This document shows positions 58,198-64,000 of a stretch of DNA of 64,000 nucleotides, piece by piece (the first letter of the stretch is position 1; every line of letters starts with the position of its first letter). The DNA is from the human T2T-CHM13v2.0 reference genome, Homo sapiens. The stretch lies in NCBI RefSeq assembly GCF_009914755.1, contig NC_060925.1. One strand, written 5' to 3'. The position numbers and the translations under genes were made by a program. The notes below the pieces were generated by a model. The model worked only from the letters and a program-made list of their open reading frames with translations, did no database searches and was not told the origin of the DNA.

Positions 58198-58372
58198 AGT
58201 AGTTTCTAAACTTCAGCATATTGACATTTCGGGCCAGATAATTCTTTTTTGAGGAACTCTTCTGTGTAGGATGTTTAGCAGTATCCCTGGCCTAACCCAT
58301 TAGATGCCAGTAGCACCCCACATTTGTGACAACCAAAAATGTCTCTAGACATTGCCAAAAGTCCCTTGGGTG
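58198..58372. mobile_element. MER20 (hAT-Charlie)
   Basis: gggccagataattctt...gtgacaaccaaaaatgtctctagacattgccaaa. Confidence 0.8.
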
Positions 58373-58594
58373 ACTTCGTGCTCTAAAGCTATGAATCTAG
58401 TGGGAAGAAATTAGAAACCAGAATACTACATAGAAAATATTTTTGAGTAGACAGGACTATTGATTCATCTAATTAGTTCAGGTAGTTAGCTGATCATTTT
58501 TCTTGTAATTCAAACAAACCCTTCCCCAATTCTTAGTAATAGCTGTTGATTGAGTGCCGATTGTGGACAGTAAACATAATTTGCATAGTCAATA

Positions 58595-58830
58595 TAGCTT
58601 GGAGATTAAGCACTCGGCTCTGTAGTCTGGGTTGCAATCCTGGCTCTGCCATCTGCTCTCTGTGTAACCTGGGGTATGTTTCTTTACCTCTCTGCCATTG
58701 TTCCTCAACTGTACAATGAAATAATGATAGCATGCATGAAATCACACAGGCATGTTGTGAGAATTTAATAAGTCAATGAACATAAGGTGCTTAGAACCAA
58801 GCTTAGGGTATGGAAAACAGAGAATAGATG
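58595..58830 (+). mobile_element. MIR
   Basis: aatcctggctctgcca...gttgtgagaatttaa...gtgcttagaac. Confidence 0.6.
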
Positions 58831-59323
58831 TTTCTTGTTATTCTTAAACCTTACAACAACCGTTCAAGTTAGGCAGCATTATCTGCATTTTATACATGTG
58901 GAAGCAAATATTCAGGGAAATCAAGTCCCAAATACACAACTGCTAAATCATTTGGTTAACAAGAAGAGGAATCAGATTCAAACTCCAAAACTGCTATGTT
59001 TCTCACTACACGGCAGGCTTGGGTGGAAAACAGGTTAAACCTGGGAGAAAGAGTCCTCTTTTAGGGATAAAAATTGGGATTGTTCAGCTGGTGTGGTGTG
59101 TTTGCATGGGGTAGCACAAAGCCCCCGTGAACATGACTTTTACCACTAACTATCTGTGTGAATTTGGCAAGCGTCTCGAACATCCTGGGGCTGTTTACTC
59201 ATCTGCAAAATGGACACAAAAACACCTGCTCTGCGATCTTCACGGGTGGTGGTCAGAGTCATGTGAAAAGATGCAGGCAGTAGAGCGCTGTGAAACTCTA
59301 AAGTGCTCAGCAAATGTAAGGTA

Positions 59324-59615
59324 GGCTGGGTGCCCTGGTTCACACCTTTAATCCCAGCACTTTGGGAAGCCGAGGCGGGCGAATCACTTGAGGTCAGGAG
59401 TTCCAGATCAGCCAGGCCAACATGGTAAAACCCAATTTCCACTAAAAATACAAAAATTAGCCGGGCGTGGGGGTGCGTGCCTGTAATCCCTACTCGGGAG
59501 GCTGAGTCAGGAGAATTGCTTGAACCCGGGAGGCGGAGGTTGCAGTGAGCAGAGTTCGCACCACTGCACTCCAGCCTGGGCGACAGAGAGAAACTCCATC
59601 TAAAAAAAAAAAAAG
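59324..59615 (+). mobile_element. AluS
   Basis: Dimer with poly-A; flanking gtaaggt repeat. Confidence 0.9.
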
Positions 59616-62190
59616 GTAAGGTGGAAATATAAGCCTGGGCTCTCGGGTAGTCATGTCTAAGACCTTTCAATCCCTTAGTCATGTCTTGCTTCTCCCGCAA
59701 AAGCAAGTTTTTCTGTGGCCCCATGTCGCCATCCTGGCCTCAGGAGCAGCTGACCTTGCTGGGGAGGCATCATGTGCAAGTGGGCGGGGATGGGGGCTTC
59801 TCCCCTGGTTCCAGGGTGGGCAGACTGGGAGGTGACCCCAACATGGATGTGGCAGCTGCTGCTTATCTGTAGTTAGTCAACGGCCCAGACAGATGAGGTG
59901 TCCGTGGTGACCTTCCTGCCTCAGTGAGTGTGGGAACTCGGGGCTTCCCAGGGCGAAGGAGTGGGAACATAAACAAAATGGGCCCTGCCGGAGCTCGGGC
60001 ATCGCATCCTCCCTCAGCCCTGCCTGAACCTCGGAGGAGGCGCCCAGGAGATCATCCAGGCACCGCTGCCTAGGGCCGCGCAGGGAAGACGGCCAGGGCT
60101 CCAGGGTCCGCCTCAGTCACTGTCACCCCGCAACATGATTCTGACTCCCCCAAAGGTGGGTGCTTCCTGCCAAAAGTCCCACCACCGGCACCCTTTGTTG
60201 TCAGAGGGCAGAGTCAGAAATATGTCATCCTGGTGGAAACTCTTCCCTCCCTCCCTCTCCCCTCAGCAGACTTAGCCCTGGATTCCATGGACTGCTGCAG
60301 GGGTTAGTCTTCTGGAGAGAGCAGGGCCCCTGCATCTCTTTCTGACAAAAGACGGCAGACATAAACAAGGGGAAGTTTGAAAGAAAGAGAAACGGCTAAT
60401 TCTCAGCAACCTTTCATATGTCTGCGGAAGGCTTGGCATCCATGGCCCAGCCTTCTTCAGGATGAGCACCTATGTCTGCTACTCTTTGCATCAAGTGACT
60501 TCTCCATGCCTTTCTTGTGTCTTTTTTCTCGCTCCTTTCCGTTGCCTCCTTTATGTTTTCTCACTGCCTAGCTCTTCCCAATAGCACCACCCCGAGTGGT
60601 TCTAGGGCAAAATAGTAAAGCATTTTAAATTTGTTTTCATGACTTCCCACCCTTTTTTCAGTCTCGTTCCTTTCCATCTTTAAGGTGGCCAGCAGCTGCT
60701 CCGCACTTGACAAACGTGCTGGACACTGCTGCTGGGGAGACATCAGCCGGCAAGCAAGGGAAAGTTGCAGACTTCTCAGTGCTTACCTCCTAGCTGGGAA
60801 GACAAATATTGGACAACTGTTCTCTAAAGGAGGCATGCAGAGTACTGTGAGTGCCTGTCAGTAGGTGCAGACAGGGGCTCAGGGAGAGCATCCTGGAAGA
60901 AGAGATGTTTGGGTTGAGCCTGGAAGCGTGAATGTTGGGTGAAGTGTTGGGAAGAGAGGTGAAGACAGAGAATAAGACAGGGGAGAAGGAACACATTCTA
61001 TGTGAAGGTGCTGAGGGAAGATAGAACATTTGAGGAACCAAAAATGAATTGTACAGCTGCCTGTGGTACATAGCCTGGGCCTCACCCTCTCCCCTGAGCA
61101 CTTGACAATGCACATAAGGTCCCTAAACACTTCTGCCTACTCACCCACCATAAAACCTGTCATGTTTGCTCTCCCTTTAAGGCTCTGTTTTTTTGCCTTC
61201 CATAATTGCGATCTCAACTGATAGTTTCCTAAGACAGATTTGGGGTCTGGAAACAGATTCTTAGCTGAATTCTACTACTTCACTGTGCAAACTTGAGGAA
61301 GTGAGGTATATCATCAGTAATATGGGCTAATAACTGTGCTAGTAGTAACATTTCATGATTGTTTACGCTGCATCAGCTTCCAGTGCTAAGCACTTTTGTC
61401 TTTTATTGTATGATTCTCACAAATCCTCATAAGGTAGGTAATGCTTTTATTCCTTTCTCCCTTCTCAAAGGATTCTTAGGAAGCCTAGGTGTGACACTAA
61501 TTATAGATGCACTTTGTAACCATTAAGGGTTAATGCAAAAAATGAAATATTATTGTGATGTTCAATAATAGTACCATGATGTTCAACAAGTACATATTTA
61601 ACGAATAACTGCACTTGTTGAATGCCATGACAGTTGTGGGCTATAATTAAATGAGTCTCAAAATATTTTGTGTCTGTCTCCTGAACAAACCAAATAAAAA
61701 GCAATAGAAGGAATGAAAAACGTTGTCATCACCAATTTGCTAATTGTATGCCATGCCGGACCACAGAAGAGAGAATTCCACAGATGTGACCCTGAGCCTC
61801 CAAAGTTTACAGTCTGATGACCACCACTACCTGGAATGCAGATACAGATAACAGAGTGAAAGCTCAGTATCAGTTGATACAACACTGGGTTGTATCAAGC
61901 TCATTTCCTACCAAGGGTAAGGATCTTTCAGGAGACCGAATGAGCAGGAAAAAATTCATGAACTTCTTTTAAAATTCAAGGTGGGGGCTGAAGCCAGAAG
62001 GTTCTAAGTCTCTTAGTATTCTCCTTAGTACATGTCTCTTCACTTTCTATCACCTTATCACAGCGTTTTTTTCACCCAACCCCAATTCTGGGGAATTATT
62101 TATACATGATATATGCACTGTCATAATAATGACATATTCTTAAATTGTCAATTTCTGAAACCACGTATGTGTATCACAAACTAATATGAA

Positions 62191-62240
62191 TGTGTGTGTG
62201 TGTGTGTGCGTGCACGCGCATATTTATGTGTGTGTGTATG
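62191..62240. repeat. Interrupted (TG)n microsatellite
   Basis: tgtgtgtgtgtgtgtgtgcgtgcacgcgcatatttatgtgtgtgtgtatg. Confidence 0.75.
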
Positions 62241-64000
62241 AGTGGCTTCCTACACTTACACTCCCCTACTTGAAGAGAAGTGGTGCCGGCTCCCCCTGAA
62301 ATCAGCCAATGTGGGAGGAGTACTGACACCAAAAACAAAGGAAATGAAATAGGATAACTGTGGTTTGAGGCTCACAGGTCAGATGAGAGGCAATGAATGA
62401 GAAAGTCAATGAGCTGAAAATGACTTAAGTACAGGCACCTCCTAGGAATTATACCCCTAATAAATGATTGTATTGAACATTTGTTTAAACTGATGTAAAG
62501 TACTTTGAAGGTTAACATCCTTTCCCTCCCTCACAATATTAAGTAGTGTAGCTTGGAGGTTGAAAGCAGATTCTGGGTTCAAATCCAGGTTCTGTCAGAT
62601 TCTACCACTTACCAGCTAAATGACGTTGGACAAGTCACAATATCTCTAAGCCCTTATTTCTTTACTTGTAATGTGGGAGTACAATCTGCCCCATGAAGCT
62701 CTTAAAAGGATACAGAAAAATAAAATGTGACAAACGTCTTGCATTCAATGTATAGCAAATGACTACTTGATGGTATTTTATAGGTGACAAAATAGATGCC
62801 CAGAGAAGTTAATCTCCTTTCTTGGGTCCCCCCGAGTGTTAACAGCAGTGCAGGGAAGCAGTCAAGCATCCTGTCTCTGGCCCATGGCTTTTTTATCCAT
62901 GTGGAGCACCAGTCCCACACAGAAATCATGTTTAGGCTACAAGTGATTTTTCATATATATCTTCTTTAATTTGCATTTGTCTGCCAAATCCACACATTAG
63001 CAAGCTCAAAACTCCAATGGAAAGGCGTATATAGGATCTTCTGGAAAATTAGATCTGGAATGACCCTAGCAGACCCAAAGAACTATGTGTGAGAAAAAAC
63101 ACAATACCCTGTTACACCCTCTTCAACTGTGGGCAGGTAGATTATTTACTTTGTGGGTTGATGTAACACAATTTTTAATCCCATGTTGGCTACGCTCTGC
63201 CACTTCCCCCCACCGTTAGTGGGTGTGTGCTCAGGCAGTGTAAACTCAGGAAGGTAATGCAAAACCAGGAAAGTAAATCTGCTTCTTATACCTCTCACCC
63301 CACATCAGCCTCCTCCTCTCTTTTTACTTCATTCTCTTCAGCTTTAAAAAAACAGAGGTAAATGTATTTTCAGTTGTCTTTGGCACAGCCCTGTTTTGGA
63401 AATCATAGACAGCCAGCTGGACCAGGAGTCAGGAAGCCAGGGGCTTTCATCTGGATCTGACATTGGTTAACTGTGGGCCTTCAGGAAAGTTAGATCAGTC
63501 CTCCAGGCTTTTGTTCCTTTTCTGTACAATGAAAAGAAGACTAGAGTATTTATGAAGTGCCCACTGTGCACCATGTGACTTCAATTGTATTACTTTATTT
63601 AATCCATAAGAGAAAGAACTCTACTAGCTAGGAATATAGATCTGTAGTATTCAAATTTAAAAATACTCAAGTTGCCCAAGGCCACAGAGGTGGCAAAGAG
63701 GAAGCTGAGTTGGAATTTGAACCTAGGACCATCAGATTCCAAATTTTATGCTTGAATGAGTTATCCAGTACAATCTATAATTTTCTTTTCTGTTCTAATA
63801 TTATGCTGTTATGTGAGCACTATTCATCAATATTTAGTTGGCTTAGTTTATTACAGTGAGTCATTCTTCCATGCCTTGGGGTCTTACTCTATATAGGCAG
63901 AAGCCCTGACTAAATTTACTACATCCCTTATTTAGTCAGCTAATACATTAGTTGTACACTCTGATATTGTAAGTAGTGGTTTTATTGCCATTAGTGAAAA

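Overview
Human (primate) genomic DNA from the chr1 NOTCH2/NOTCH2NL segmental duplication. The only recognisable gene feature is exon 1 of a minus-strand NOTCH2NL paralog (coding part 17657-17585, GT donor at 17584), lying in a CpG island at about 16.95-18.25 kb. The NOTCH2 start codon is replaced by ATA (M1I), codon 21 is Thr, and the NOTCH2NLC-type 2-bp deletion is absent. This is the NOTCH2NLA-type exon 1, although gene conversion means the NOTCH2NLB locus cannot be excluded. The 5'UTR carries a short (GGC)7(GGA)2(GGC) tract and the ATG of a poly-Gly uORF (MWICPG10...), paralogous to the NIID repeat of NOTCH2NLC. Positions 1-17584 are intron 1 (exon 2 lies outside the window). Positions ~18.3-64 kb are upstream sequence dominated by Alu, L1, L2, MIR, MaLR/ERVL LTRs and DNA-transposon relics. 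I found no convincing new multi-gene system. The best leads are multi-frame sense and antisense coding potential across the repeat, several regulatory motif structures and some unusual retrotransposition events. Repeat subfamily calls are by eye from remembered consensus sequences, and boundaries of old repeats are approximate.
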